Shown in pieces: positions 47,320 to 56,587 of a stretch of 57,335 nucleotides of DNA (position 1 is the stretch's first letter; every line of letters starts with the position of its first letter). A program made the translations under genes and the position numbers. Location of the stretch: positions 1 through 57,335 of the forward strand of contig JAIBAE010000021.1 of the NCBI GenBank assembly GCA_019695345.1, written 5' to 3'. The notes below the pieces were generated by a model. That model was not told the DNA's origin. It worked only from the letters and a program-made list of their open reading frames with translations, and searched no databases. Origin of the DNA: Bacteroidota bacterium (lineage in GTDB: Bacteria > Bacteroidota > Ignavibacteria > Kapaibacteriales > NICIL-2).

Positions 47320-48870
47320 TTACTGCACAATAACACCACACACATTAAACTGTGTGCCGTTATCAATCATAATGTTGTAACGCCCTGCGGCAAGTGTTGG
47401 TGGTAATGGTTGTAACGGTATATCTGTTTCTCCTTGGTGTAAGGCACCACTCCAAAGTGTTGTAATCTTTTTACCATCCATTGCATAGAGATCAATGGTG
47501 TAGGTGCCATGTTGTTGTACTGTTACTTGTACACGGATATTATCTTGTTTTGTTAGTATGGTGTTTTGTGCTGTAATTGATATACTTGGCTGTTGTATAA
47601 GTGTATCTTGCTCTGTTACACCAACCGTTCCAACAACACCAAGATAGATGCGAAATAAACTATGTTCAGTACCATCATAAAAAACTGCAATATCGCCAAG
47701 CCCATCATGATTGACATCACCTACACTAGAAATGTTTTGTGTGTATAGTTTATCATCTGGCGTAACTGGAATTGCTTCAGGTATTTTTGCAATTGGATTT
47801 GGGTTAGTGCGTGGATCACCACCAAAACATAAATCATATCCACTGAACAATGAAATTGTGATCCAACCTGGGAACTTTAAATCCGGAATTGAAACAGGAA
47901 TCTTGTACTTAGGTGTTGTTTGGCTTCTAAACCACAACTTCTCAAAATTATCATTGTCCAAATTGTATAATGTACCTATCCATAATAAACTATGTTGTGT
48001 ATTGTTGTATAAGTGGAATGATTTAATTCCTAAAGGAAAAGATTCACTATTCCCACTACTTAAAAACTGAGTACTCAACTTTTGATATTCAACTTTAACA
48101 TTAACTCCAGATGTAATAAAGCGAATTTCCCAAATGTGTAAAGAACTGTTAGAGCGGTTGTTATCCCACGTCATGGTTATCATACGTGCTTTGCCGTTGT
48201 TGGTGTAGGCATCTATAATGCACTCCTGATATAACCCTGCATCGTTGGTGTGGGGTAAGTTAACTACTTGCATTTTGCTTAAATCTGCATTACCGAAAAT
48301 GATGCTCCCTATATTGTATTCTTTGGTGGGTTTGCTATCACTTGAAACTAGGACATCTTCTTTTCCATCATTGTCGAAATCACCCTTAAAGTATCCTACA
48401 TTAAATCCGTTTTTTCTTATATCATTATAGTACGATTTAACTTCGGGTGTATCAGGAGGAACTCCATTTTTTTTACCAACATAAAAACTACACGTACTTT
48501 GGAAATAAAAGTCTTGTATACCGTCACCATTAAAGTCACCCATTAGGTGTGCAGCTCTTGCTCCCCAATTAAACATATTTTCGGTATCACCTTTATATCT
48601 GTTATATATTGTTGGTGTGTTTGCACTGAAATAAGGTATAAAAGCATTCATCCCACCACGTGCAGTATCAAAGTTTGGAAGGTACGTCATGTTCTTACCA
48701 AAGCTGGTATTCTCCAATTCATACCACACAGGAAGTTCGGGAAGTTTGGAGTAGTCTTGTGCGTGGGTTGTGTGTGGCAGGCACAGTAGCACAAGTACAA
48801 TTGTAATAGCTTTTATAACAAGCATTGCAGGGCGGTTTCTTTTGTTAGGTAATTCTGTTGCGCCAAACAT
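47320..48870 (-). CDS. T9SS-secreted FG-GAP/integrin-alpha-like repeat protein, paralog F1
   Basis: I chose the start at MFGATELPNKRNRPAMLVIKAITIVLVLLCLPHTTHA (signal peptide); the track ORF extends 258 nt further into repeat DNA. FG-GAP-like Ca-binding loops are present (GDFNGDGIQD, GDFDNDGKEDV, GDVNHDGLGD). The C-terminal T9SS CTD is GTYTIDLYAMDGKKITTLW…NVCGVIVQ. Confidence 0.75.
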   Translation of the reverse strand: MFGATELPNKRNRPAMLVIKAITIVLVLLCLPHTTHAQDYSKLPELPVWYELENTSFGKNMTYLPNFDTARGGMNAFIPYFSANTPTIYNRYKGDTENMFNWGARAAHLMGDFNGDGIQDFYFQSTCSFYVGKKNGVPPDTPEVKSYYNDIRKNGFNVGYFKGDFDNDGKEDVLVSSDSKPTKEYNIGSIIFGNADLSKMQVVNLPHTNDAGLYQECIIDAYTNNGKARMITMTWDNNRSNSSLHIWEIRFITSGVNVKVEYQKLSTQFLSSGNSESFPLGIKSFHLYNNTQHSLLWIGTLYNLDNDNFEKLWFRSQTTPKYKIPVSIPDLKFPGWITISLFSGYDLCFGGDPRTNPNPIAKIPEAIPVTPDDKLYTQNISSVGDVNHDGLGDIAVFYDGTEHSLFRIYLGVVGTVGVTEQDTLIQQPSISITAQNTILTKQDNIRVQVTVQQHGTYTIDLYAMDGKKITTLWSGALHQGETDIPLQPLPPTLAAGRYNIMIDNGTQFNVCGVIVQ

Positions 48871-49009
48871 AGCGTTGTTGTTTCCAACCTGCAAACTTGT
48901 TTTTTTTGGTGGTGATTGAAAAAGGAGTTTTTGCAGAGTACACAATGCCTGTTTATTTTCGACGCGAGGCATCGCGTCGCTACGAAAAACTACGATTATA
49001 CAACAAGGA

Positions 49010-49170
49010 GACAGATTCTTCGCGTTGCTCAGAATGACAAGGCACCATTCGTACCCTTTGCGCCTTTGCAAACTTTTGCCTCTTTGCGAGAGAGTGATTA
49101 ACTGCGACGCTGAACGTGCGGTTCGCACCGGGTTGGCGCGCTTGAGGTTTGCTTCGGCGAAGGCGGGGAA
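49010..49170. repeat. Composite repeat: GATTCTTCGCGTTGCTCAGAATGACA motif, leader and forward family B element; right inverted boundary of FG-GAP cassette 1
   Basis: …GTACCCTTTGCGCCTTTGCAAACTTTTGCCTCTTTGCGAGAGAGTGATTAACTGCGACGCTGAACGTGCGGTTCGCACCGGGTTGGCGCGCTTGAGGTTTGCTTCGGCGAAGGCGGGGAAC. Confidence 0.65.
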
Positions 49171-49238
49171 CCATGATGTATTCTAATAACCACGTAGTAT
49201 TACGTATAATTATAAATAGGCGATTATAGATGATTTTT

Positions 49239-49290
49239 TATCACTTACGGGGTAATTTTTATCACTTATAAAGTAAATCGTATCAGTTAC
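49239..49290 (+). promoter_or_regulatory. Triple direct repeat (TATCACTTAC / TATCACTTAT / TATCAGTTAC) at 21-bp phasing upstream of the HYR adhesin gene
   Basis: Repeat starts are at 49239, 49260 and 49281. Same motif and same 21-bp spacing as at 44502-44553. The array lies about 190 bp upstream of the 49478 start. Confidence 0.5.
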
Positions 49291-49477
49291 TAAAGAGAAT
49301 GTATTTGCTGACCTACGCATACATAGTTTCGTAGTGTGGATTTGATGCAACGCGCTATTACTCGGCATTGGGGAATGTTGTTAGGCAGTTGCCACTCACA
49401 TCAACTTGACATACTACGGAGAGGGAGATTCTAAAGGATTAGACCAATTGTTTTTTGTTCACCTTTTGGAGTTTCCC

Positions 49478-52400
49478 ATGAGTTTCTTCTTTAGCCGCTA
49501 TGGTAATATGTGCGGTTTACATTTTATGTGGCACAAAGTTGCCATTGTTGCTTTCCTTTTAGTTTTAGCAGGGGTTACACCAACCTTCTCTGCTGTAAAA
49601 ACGTGGACGAACGGTGCTTCCACAGGTTTGTGGAATTCTGCTAATAACTGGTCGCCAAGCGGTGCACCAACATCATCCGATACAGTTGTTTTTGATGGTA
49701 CTTCTTCCGCTAACTGTACGCTAAACACATCGGTAACTATACAAGCATTGTTTGTTGATAATACCTACAGCGGTGTGTTTGATATGAGTTCGCAAACATT
49801 AACACTTACACATGCACTTACCATAAATGGTAGTGGTAGTTTTAATGCAAATACCGGAACTATTATCATTGCATCGGCAGTTGGGTTGTTTGATTTGATG
49901 TCCACACAAGATTTATATAATCTGGAAATAGCTTCGGGCAATACGGTAAGATATAATTTATCTGTTAGCAACGATCTTACTGTTCTTCATGATTTTACTC
50001 TAACACAAATTAACAATTTGGGATGCGGCTTCTTTTGTAACAAGCGCATAGCAGTATATGGTAACGCTACTTTTAATGATACAGACGGATGGAGTGCAAC
50101 AGGACGTGTTGCAATGGTTGGTTCAGCAAATCAGCAGGTATTAGGTAATGGAATAGCAACACAGTTTATTGTTGATAAAACAGGCGGTACGGTATCGTTA
50201 AGCAGTTTTACGGGAAGTTTTGGGTTAGTTAGCGGCGGCTATTGCAGACTTGCTTCTTCTAATCAAGGTACATTAAACATTGGCGGTATTACCGTTGATG
50301 CCTTTGTATATGATATTCAGGGCGGAACACTAGCAGGTTCGGGTACTTTAAACGGAAATGTTACATGCAGTAGTACCGGAGTTCTGTCCCCGGGTGGAAA
50401 CACTGTTGGGTGTATTACCATTAATGGCGATTTAACAATGCAATCGGGTACTACACTTCGTGTAGATGTACAAGGTACTGTTGCTTGCACTCAGTTTGAC
50501 CAAGTAGTGGTTGTTGGTGCAGTAACATTAAATAACCCCACCATTACCGGCGGTACAACATTTCAAACAATAGCACCTGTTACTATTATTGATAACGATG
50601 ATACCGATGGTATTTCCGGAACATTTAACGGTATTACGAATGGTGGCTTGGTAACACTTTCGGGTAAAAGTTATGCAGTAAACTATGATGGTGATAGTGG
50701 TAATGATGTGATTCTTACAACAAATAATCTTGCACCTGTAGCGCAGTGTGCGTGGATTGACCACGGTATTGCCAGCGAGTGTTTACCATATAACATTACG
50801 GCTTCTATGGCAAACGATGGCTCGTACGACCCCGAAGGTGGACCAATTACACTTTCCGTTAATACAACCGGTCCGTTTGGTGCTAACTTTTGGTTAGTAG
50901 ATTTAACTGTTACCGATACACTTGGTGCATCATCTATGTGTCAGGCAGTAATCAATGTATATGATACACTTGCGGCAACAATTACAACACCATGCCCTAA
51001 TACTATTGTTGTTTGTGGCGAACAAGCAGTTACATGGACTGAACCGGAAGCACTTGATGCGGGTAACTGTTTTGTTACGCGTTACAGGTCATCGAGCGCA
51101 ACAAACGGAGCTGAAGCACCGGGCGATGTATTTCCTGTTGGAGTTAATGATATTTTATATCAATGGGAAGGTGGCGGTTATCCAACTGCCTATTGTATAA
51201 TGACAATTGTTGTTCTTCCGTTACCAGATGTATCAATTTCTCAAACACAGTTAACAGGTGCATGCCAAGGGGCTAAATTACTTACAGCAGATATTGCCAA
51301 TGCCGGTTCACTGCAGGCACCAATTCAATATAACTGGACGGGAACAGCAACAGGTACAACGCAAAGCATTGCTGCTACACAAAACGGTACATACACTGTA
51401 ACCGTTACCGATGGCGGTGGTTGTACAGCAACTGCAAATGTTACACTTACCGTAGATAACACCGACCCTGTTCCAAGTGTACCAACACTTTCGGATATTA
51501 CAGCAGAATGTGGTGTTACAATTACAACAGCACCAACAGCAACCGATAATTGCGCAGGCGTAATTACAGGTACAACTTCCAACCCATTAACATATTCTGC
51601 ACAAGGTTCTTATACTATAACATGGACGTACGATGATGGTAACGGTAATGTAGTAACGCAAGATCAAGATGTTGTTATACAAGATGTAACGGCACCAGTA
51701 CCAACTGTATCTAACTTAACAACGTTAACAGGTGAGTGCTCCGTTACTGTAGCAACAGCACCAACCGCAACCGATAACTGTGCAGGAACTATAACAGGTA
51801 CAACATCCGACCCACTTACCTATACAACACAAGGTACATACACCATAACATGGTTGTATGATGATGGACACGGAAATACAACAACACAAACACAAACAGT
51901 AGTTGTAGATGATATTACCGCACCTGTGCCAAACGTATCATCGTTACCGGCAATAAAAGCACAATGCGGTATAACGGTAAGTTCATTCCCAACAGCAACC
52001 GATAATTGTGTAGGAACAGTAACCGCTACAACAAATAGTCCGCTTACATACTCGGTGCAAGGCACATATTCTATCTTATGGAAATACAACGATGGAAATG
52101 GCAACAGTGTAACGCAAACACAAGCGGTAATTATTCAGGATACAATTGCACCTGTACCAAATGTGGCAGTGTTGTCAACCGTAACGGCACAATGTTCTGC
52201 TACAGTAACAACAATACCAACCGCAACCGATAATTGCAGAGGAGTTATCCAAGCTACAACTACAAGCCCGTTAACATTTACTGCACAAGGCACACATACA
52301 ATTACATGGGTGTATAACGATGGCAACGGTAATACAACAACACAAACACAAACTGTTGTAATTAACGATAACACTCCGCCTACAATTACTACACCATGTC

Positions 52401-53896
52401 CTTCTAACATAACTGTATGTAGTGGACAAAATATAACATGGACTGAACCACAAGCAACCGATAACTGCTCCGCAGTAACCAGAACACGCTCACACGTACC
52501 GGGTTCAACATTTGCTAGCGGAACAACAACTGTTACATACACCTTTACCGATGCAAAAGGTAATAGTACATCCTGTAACTTTACCGTAACAGTAGGTGGT
52601 GGCGTTAATGTATCAATTGCTGCAACGGCATTGCCGAATTTCTGCCAAGGTGCAGCACAACTAACAGCAACTGTAATGAATGCTTCGCAAAATGCAACGT
52701 ATAGTTACTCATGGTCGGGCGGTGCCGGCAATACAAGTAGTATTACAGCATTAACCAACGGAACATATACTGTAACTGTTACAAGTAACTCCGGATGTAG
52801 CGGTACTGCAACCTATACGGTGAATAATACAATCTCGGGCTTGGTATCCGGCTATGTGTTGTTGGCTAATCAGGGAATACACATGCACCGCTCCAGAGTT
52901 CAAGGGAACATAGGTGTACGGTATGCAAACAAAAAAGCAAAAGTACACGAACACTCTGTAGTAACAGGATTTGCCAAAGCTGCCACCATTCAGGTTAATG
53001 GCAACAGTTCTGTTGGTCAGCAGATTTCAGGTCAGGTTAGTGTTACCTTGCCAACGTTTATATCTAACACCAATAATAGTAACAACAATGTTACGGTAAA
53101 TCAAAATCAAACAGTAACATTAAGCAGTACAAACTATGGTAAGATTAAAATCAAACACCATGCAACCGTAACATTCACTGCCGCTCAAATCAATATCAAA
53201 GAAATCGAAGCCGATGAAAACGCAACCATTAACTTCTCGCAAGATGCAACCGTATTAGTTAAAAATGGTGTAAGCTTAGAAGAAGATAACAACGTTAACT
53301 CATCAGGCAAACGCGTTGTGTTTTATGTTGGCGATGAGTTTGAAATTGAAGGTGGCTCTTCCTTTAAAGGAAATGTGTATGCCCAAGATGACATCGAAGC
53401 AAAAGGACACAAATCGGGCGATTGGGATTGGGACGACGACGATAACCATGGCAGTTGCGGTGGTGGTTCAACCTCCGGCGATAGCACACACATGGTTGGA
53501 ATGTTTATCAGCGCAAAACAAATCAAGTCGGGTAAATACGTATCATGGAAAAACGGTGCGGCTTGTACACCAAGTAGCGGTTTCTCTGCAAAAGCAATTG
53601 CAGAAAGCACAATCGAAACCGATGAAGATGCTCCTGCCGGAAGTCCTGTTGTAGAAGTATATCCAAACCCTGCATCCAACAATATCAACGTTGTATTAAA
53701 CGGAATGGGTAAAGTAGAAAAAACAATACGTATTACAGATGTGTTAGGAAAAACAATCTTCACAACATCAGCCGATGCATCAACAACCGAAATCAATATC
53801 AACCTGCTCAATGCTTCAATACAAAATGGTATGTATATACTTCATGTTGAAACACAAACAGGCAGATATAATACTCAATTTGTTGTAGTACAATAG
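49478..53896 (+). CDS. Giant T9SS-secreted adhesin-like protein with beta-helix-like N-terminal repeats and multiple HYR domains
   Basis: Signal peptide (MSFFFSRYGNMCGLHFMWHKVAIVAFLLVLAGVTPTFSA; starts at 49478 or 49508 are possible). At least 6 repeats of about 80 aa match the HYR pattern (ATDNCAG.ITGTTS.PLTY..QG.YTITW.Y.DGNGN…Q; C-terminal TDNCSAVTRTRSHVPGSTFASGTTTVTYTFTDAKGNSTSCNFTVTV). C-terminal T9SS CTD (VVEVYPNPASNNINVVLNG…ILHVETQTGRYNTQFVVVQ). A terminator follows. Confidence 0.8.
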   Translation: MSFFFSRYGNMCGLHFMWHKVAIVAFLLVLAGVTPTFSAVKTWTNGASTGLWNSANNWSPSGAPTSSDTVVFDGTSSANCTLNTSVTIQALFVDNTYSGVFDMSSQTLTLTHALTINGSGSFNANTGTIIIASAVGLFDLMSTQDLYNLEIASGNTVRYNLSVSNDLTVLHDFTLTQINNLGCGFFCNKRIAVYGNATFNDTDGWSATGRVAMVGSANQQVLGNGIATQFIVDKTGGTVSLSSFTGSFGLVSGGYCRLASSNQGTLNIGGITVDAFVYDIQGGTLAGSGTLNGNVTCSSTGVLSPGGNTVGCITINGDLTMQSGTTLRVDVQGTVACTQFDQVVVVGAVTLNNPTITGGTTFQTIAPVTIIDNDDTDGISGTFNGITNGGLVTLSGKSYAVNYDGDSGNDVILTTNNLAPVAQCAWIDHGIASECLPYNITASMANDGSYDPEGGPITLSVNTTGPFGANFWLVDLTVTDTLGASSMCQAVINVYDTLAATITTPCPNTIVVCGEQAVTWTEPEALDAGNCFVTRYRSSSATNGAEAPGDVFPVGVNDILYQWEGGGYPTAYCIMTIVVLPLPDVSISQTQLTGACQGAKLLTADIANAGSLQAPIQYNWTGTATGTTQSIAATQNGTYTVTVTDGGGCTATANVTLTVDNTDPVPSVPTLSDITAECGVTITTAPTATDNCAGVITGTTSNPLTYSAQGSYTITWTYDDGNGNVVTQDQDVVIQDVTAPVPTVSNLTTLTGECSVTVATAPTATDNCAGTITGTTSDPLTYTTQGTYTITWLYDDGHGNTTTQTQTVVVDDITAPVPNVSSLPAIKAQCGITVSSFPTATDNCVGTVTATTNSPLTYSVQGTYSILWKYNDGNGNSVTQTQAVIIQDTIAPVPNVAVLSTVTAQCSATVTTIPTATDNCRGVIQATTTSPLTFTAQGTHTITWVYNDGNGNTTTQTQTVVINDNTPPTITTPCPSNITVCSGQNITWTEPQATDNCSAVTRTRSHVPGSTFASGTTTVTYTFTDAKGNSTSCNFTVTVGGGVNVSIAATALPNFCQGAAQLTATVMNASQNATYSYSWSGGAGNTSSITALTNGTYTVTVTSNSGCSGTATYTVNNTISGLVSGYVLLANQGIHMHRSRVQGNIGVRYANKKAKVHEHSVVTGFAKAATIQVNGNSSVGQQISGQVSVTLPTFISNTNNSNNNVTVNQNQTVTLSSTNYGKIKIKHHATVTFTAAQINIKEIEADENATINFSQDATVLVKNGVSLEEDNNVNSSGKRVVFYVGDEFEIEGGSSFKGNVYAQDDIEAKGHKSGDWDWDDDDNHGSCGGGSTSGDSTHMVGMFISAKQIKSGKYVSWKNGAACTPSSGFSAKAIAESTIETDEDAPAGSPVVEVYPNPASNNINVVLNGMGKVEKTIRITDVLGKTIFTTSADASTTEININLLNASIQNGMYILHVETQTGRYNTQFVVVQ

Positions 53897-53934
53897 TACA
53901 ATAACAAAAGCAAATTCCCCAATCCCCCAATGGG

Positions 53935-53978
53935 GCAAGGGTTGCGATAGAAATATCGTAGCCCTTGCTTCTTTTTTA
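53935..53978 (+). terminator. Rho-independent terminator after the HYR adhesin gene
   Basis: Stem of about 15 bp (GCAAGGGTTGCGATA / TATCGTAGCCCTTGC, two G-U pairs), loop GAAA, then TTCTTTTTTAT. Confidence 0.8.
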
Positions 53979-53993
53979 TAAACAGGAGGTATA

Positions 53994-54473
53994 ATGGAAC
54001 ATAATGCTTCAATGCAACCCGATTGGGAATCGCAAGAGCTTGGATTAAACACTCGGCGTCCTCATATCCAACCCATTCCGGGCATACGCTACCAACCCGA
54101 ACCACACATCAATTCCTACGATTACCTTCAGCTTCTTTACCTAACCGGAGTAATCGAAAAATATCGTAATTCCGAAGTAGAAGTAATAACCGCCATGATA
54201 AAAAACTCATTGATAATTACTGCGCGGCAAGACGCACTATTAGTAGCTGCGGCGCGGTATGTAACCGACTACATTAACACAACATTTGTAGCCGAACTAC
54301 TTGTACGGGAAGACTTTCGCCGTGCCGGAATCGGTATGGAACTCATCAAAGAAATACATAAACTGCATCCAAACACCAACGTATGTTTTTCGCCTACGGA
54401 TATGTTCAACGAATACATCCCGCTTGGGTTAGAAGTTGTAAAGTTCAACGCAGTTCTGCCAAGCACAGTATAA
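53994..54473 (+). CDS. GNAT-family N-acetyltransferase (putative)
   Basis: GNAT motif-A-like stretch LLVREDFRRAGIGMELIKEI. 159 aa. GGAGGT SD 6 nt upstream. Confidence 0.55.
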   Translation: MEHNASMQPDWESQELGLNTRRPHIQPIPGIRYQPEPHINSYDYLQLLYLTGVIEKYRNSEVEVITAMIKNSLIITARQDALLVAAARYVTDYINTTFVAELLVREDFRRAGIGMELIKEIHKLHPNTNVCFSPTDMFNEYIPLGLEVVKFNAVLPSTV

Positions 54474-54501
54474 AGTGTACTTAGAAGAAAGTACATTGTG
54501 A

Positions 54502-54575
54502 TTCCCTCCTTTGCCGAAACGCGCCATACTGCGCCGTCACCCGGGCGGAGCCAACCGTTACAGCATCGCAGTTAA
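54502..54575. repeat. Family B dispersed repeat (reverse orientation); left boundary of FG-GAP cassette 2
   Basis: TTTGCCGAAACGCGCCATACTGCGCCGTCACCCGGGCGGAGCCAACCGTTACAGCATCGCAGTTAATTC. About 90% identical to 46808-46882. Confidence 0.65.
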
Positions 54576-54655
54576 TTCTAGTTAACGCAAAGACTCTACA
54601 CGTGTACGAGGTTCCCACAGAGTTACACAGAGTTGTTCACAGAGTACACAAAACA

Positions 54656-54832
54656 GATTCTTCGCATTACTCAGAATGACAAAAAGAGATACAACGTGTA
54701 TTGTTGTTCAATATAACTGTAGGGGCGAATAGACATTCGCCCATGTAATGATTGGTGAAGATGAACTCACAATAAGGCGATAGATTCTACGCGTTGCTCA
54801 GAATGACAAAAAGAGATAATATAGTATGACAG
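54656..54832. repeat. Composite ~125 bp repeat, about 1.4 units
   Basis: Near-identical to 46958-47115, including the GGGCGAATAGACATTCGCCC hairpin at about 54722. Confidence 0.65.
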
Positions 54833-55003
54833 ATATGATGTAAAAATGCAGAACATAACCCCATGCTTTAGCGTGGGGAAATCAAACATAACAACATGCT
54901 CTCGGACTTTAGTCCTGAGTGGTTGCAGGGCTAAAGCCCATGCCTACGTTAGAGGTTTCTACTCCGCGCTAAAGCGGCGGAGTTATTGAAATACGTTGGA
55001 TTC
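54833..55003. repeat. 190-bp multi-hairpin element, copy 2 (abuts the stop codon of FG-GAP gene F2)
   Basis: Same four TTTA/TAAA-loop hairpins as 47116-47304, with a few substitutions (GCCTACGTTAGAGGTTTCTACTCC). Confidence 0.7.
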
Positions 55004-55018
55004 TTCGTGTGGGGAAAG

Positions 55019-56587
55019 TTACTGCACAATAACACCACACACATTAAACTGAGTACCGTTATCAATCATAAGGTTGTAACGCCCTGCGGCAAGTGTTGTT
55101 GGTAATGGTGGTAACGGTATATCTGTTTCTCCTTGTTGCAAGGCACCACTCCAAAGCGTTGTTATCTTTTTACCATCCATTGCATAGAGATCAATGGTGT
55201 AGGTGCCACTATGCTCTGCCGTTGCATGAACATCTAAAGAACTGCCTTTGCTAACCACTGCATTACGTACAGAAATTGCAATGTGCTTTGTAGTTGTGTT
55301 TTGAGGTTGTTCGTTAACACCTACGTTTTTATCTATACCTAGGTAGATTGCAAACTTTGTTATACCATAGCTTACTTTCCATCCATCGTAATAGACAGCT
55401 ATATCTCCAAATCCATCGTTATTTACATCACCTACAGAAATAGCATTAGACAAAATAAGATAATCGTCACTATTGTTGTAGTATCCTAGATAGATTTTTG
55501 CGTAGGGGATTGAATCAGTGAATGGATTGCCTTTAGTAATTAGGCCAAGCCGATTGTTAAATATAGGATTTGTAATATCACTTATTGCTGTATATTCATA
55601 ATGAACTTCATTGTTAATATAGTGATGTAATATTTTATACGGTCTGCTTGAGAACGCTTTTTTATGCTCAATTAAATTTTCTTCAATTTGGTACACATCA
55701 TCTAATATGACTATTACTCTCTTATCGTTGTTTATTCCCAATAACCTTAATGGAGCATTGACTCCAACTGAGTAAGGAATAGGTTGTGAATAAACATTAT
55801 TATACTTTACTTTAAGGTCTGTTCCTGCTGTAATAAACTGTATTTCCCATAAAACAAGTTTTGCGGTTTTGAACTGGTTGTCGGCTGCAATTGTAATCAT
55901 ACGTGCTTTGCCGTTGTTGGTGTAAGCATCAATGATACACTCCTGATAAAATCCTGCGTCGTTGGTGTGGGGTAAGTTAACAACTTGCATCTTGCTTAAA
56001 TCTGCATTGCCGAAAATGATGCTACCGAGATTGTATTCTTTGGTGGGTTTGCTATCACTTGAAACTAGGACATCTTCTTTACCATCATTGTCGAAATCAC
56101 CCTTAAAGTATCCTACATTAAATCCATTTTTTCTTATATCATTATAGTACGATTTAACTTCGGGTGTATCAGGAGGAACTCCATTTTTTTTACCAACATA
56201 AAAACTACATGTACTCTGGAAATAAAAGTCTTGTATACCGTCACCATTAAAGTCACCCATTAGGTGTGCAGCTCTTGCTCCCCAATTAAACATATTTTCG
56301 GTATCACCTTTATATCTGTTATATATTGTTGGTGTGTTTGCACCGAAATAGGGTATAAAAGCATTAATCCCACCACGAGCAGTATCAAAATTAGGAAAGT
56401 AGTACATATTTTTTCCAAAGCTTGTATTCTCCAATTCATACCACACAGGAAGTTCGGGTAGTTTGGAGTAGTCTTGTGCGTGGGTTGCGTGTGGCAGGCA
56501 CAGTAGCACAAGTACAATAGTAATAGCTTTTATAACAAGCATTGCAGGGTAATTTCTTTTGGTTAGTAATTCTGTTGCGCCAAACAT
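55019..56587 (-). CDS. T9SS-secreted FG-GAP/integrin-alpha-like repeat protein, paralog F2
   Basis: I chose the start at MFGATELLTKRNYPAMLVIKAIT… (56587). The N-terminal ~225 aa and C-terminal ~60 aa are near-identical to F1, and the central ~240 aa are diverged. Confidence 0.75.
   Translation of the reverse strand: MFGATELLTKRNYPAMLVIKAITIVLVLLCLPHATHAQDYSKLPELPVWYELENTSFGKNMYYFPNFDTARGGINAFIPYFGANTPTIYNRYKGDTENMFNWGARAAHLMGDFNGDGIQDFYFQSTCSFYVGKKNGVPPDTPEVKSYYNDIRKNGFNVGYFKGDFDNDGKEDVLVSSDSKPTKEYNLGSIIFGNADLSKMQVVNLPHTNDAGFYQECIIDAYTNNGKARMITIAADNQFKTAKLVLWEIQFITAGTDLKVKYNNVYSQPIPYSVGVNAPLRLLGINNDKRVIVILDDVYQIEENLIEHKKAFSSRPYKILHHYINNEVHYEYTAISDITNPIFNNRLGLITKGNPFTDSIPYAKIYLGYYNNSDDYLILSNAISVGDVNNDGFGDIAVYYDGWKVSYGITKFAIYLGIDKNVGVNEQPQNTTTKHIAISVRNAVVSKGSSLDVHATAEHSGTYTIDLYAMDGKKITTLWSGALQQGETDIPLPPLPTTLAAGRYNLMIDNGTQFNVCGVIVQ

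Noticed and set aside
48245-48430. Conserved antisense ORFs inside the FG-GAP genes (48245..48430 and 55962..56147; also 48547..48789 / 56264..56461)
   Set aside because: They are conserved only because they lie inside the identical N-terminal block of the duplicated genes. They have no SD and overlap the functional CDS entirely on the opposite strand.
47320-49128. Track ORF start at 49128 for the FG-GAP gene (602 aa), and 44570 for the 564-aa gene, and 25568 for mltD
   Set aside because: The upstream extensions read through dispersed repeats or lack signal peptides. Internal Met codons followed by typical signal peptides (48870, 44669, 25700) give the biologically sensible starts.
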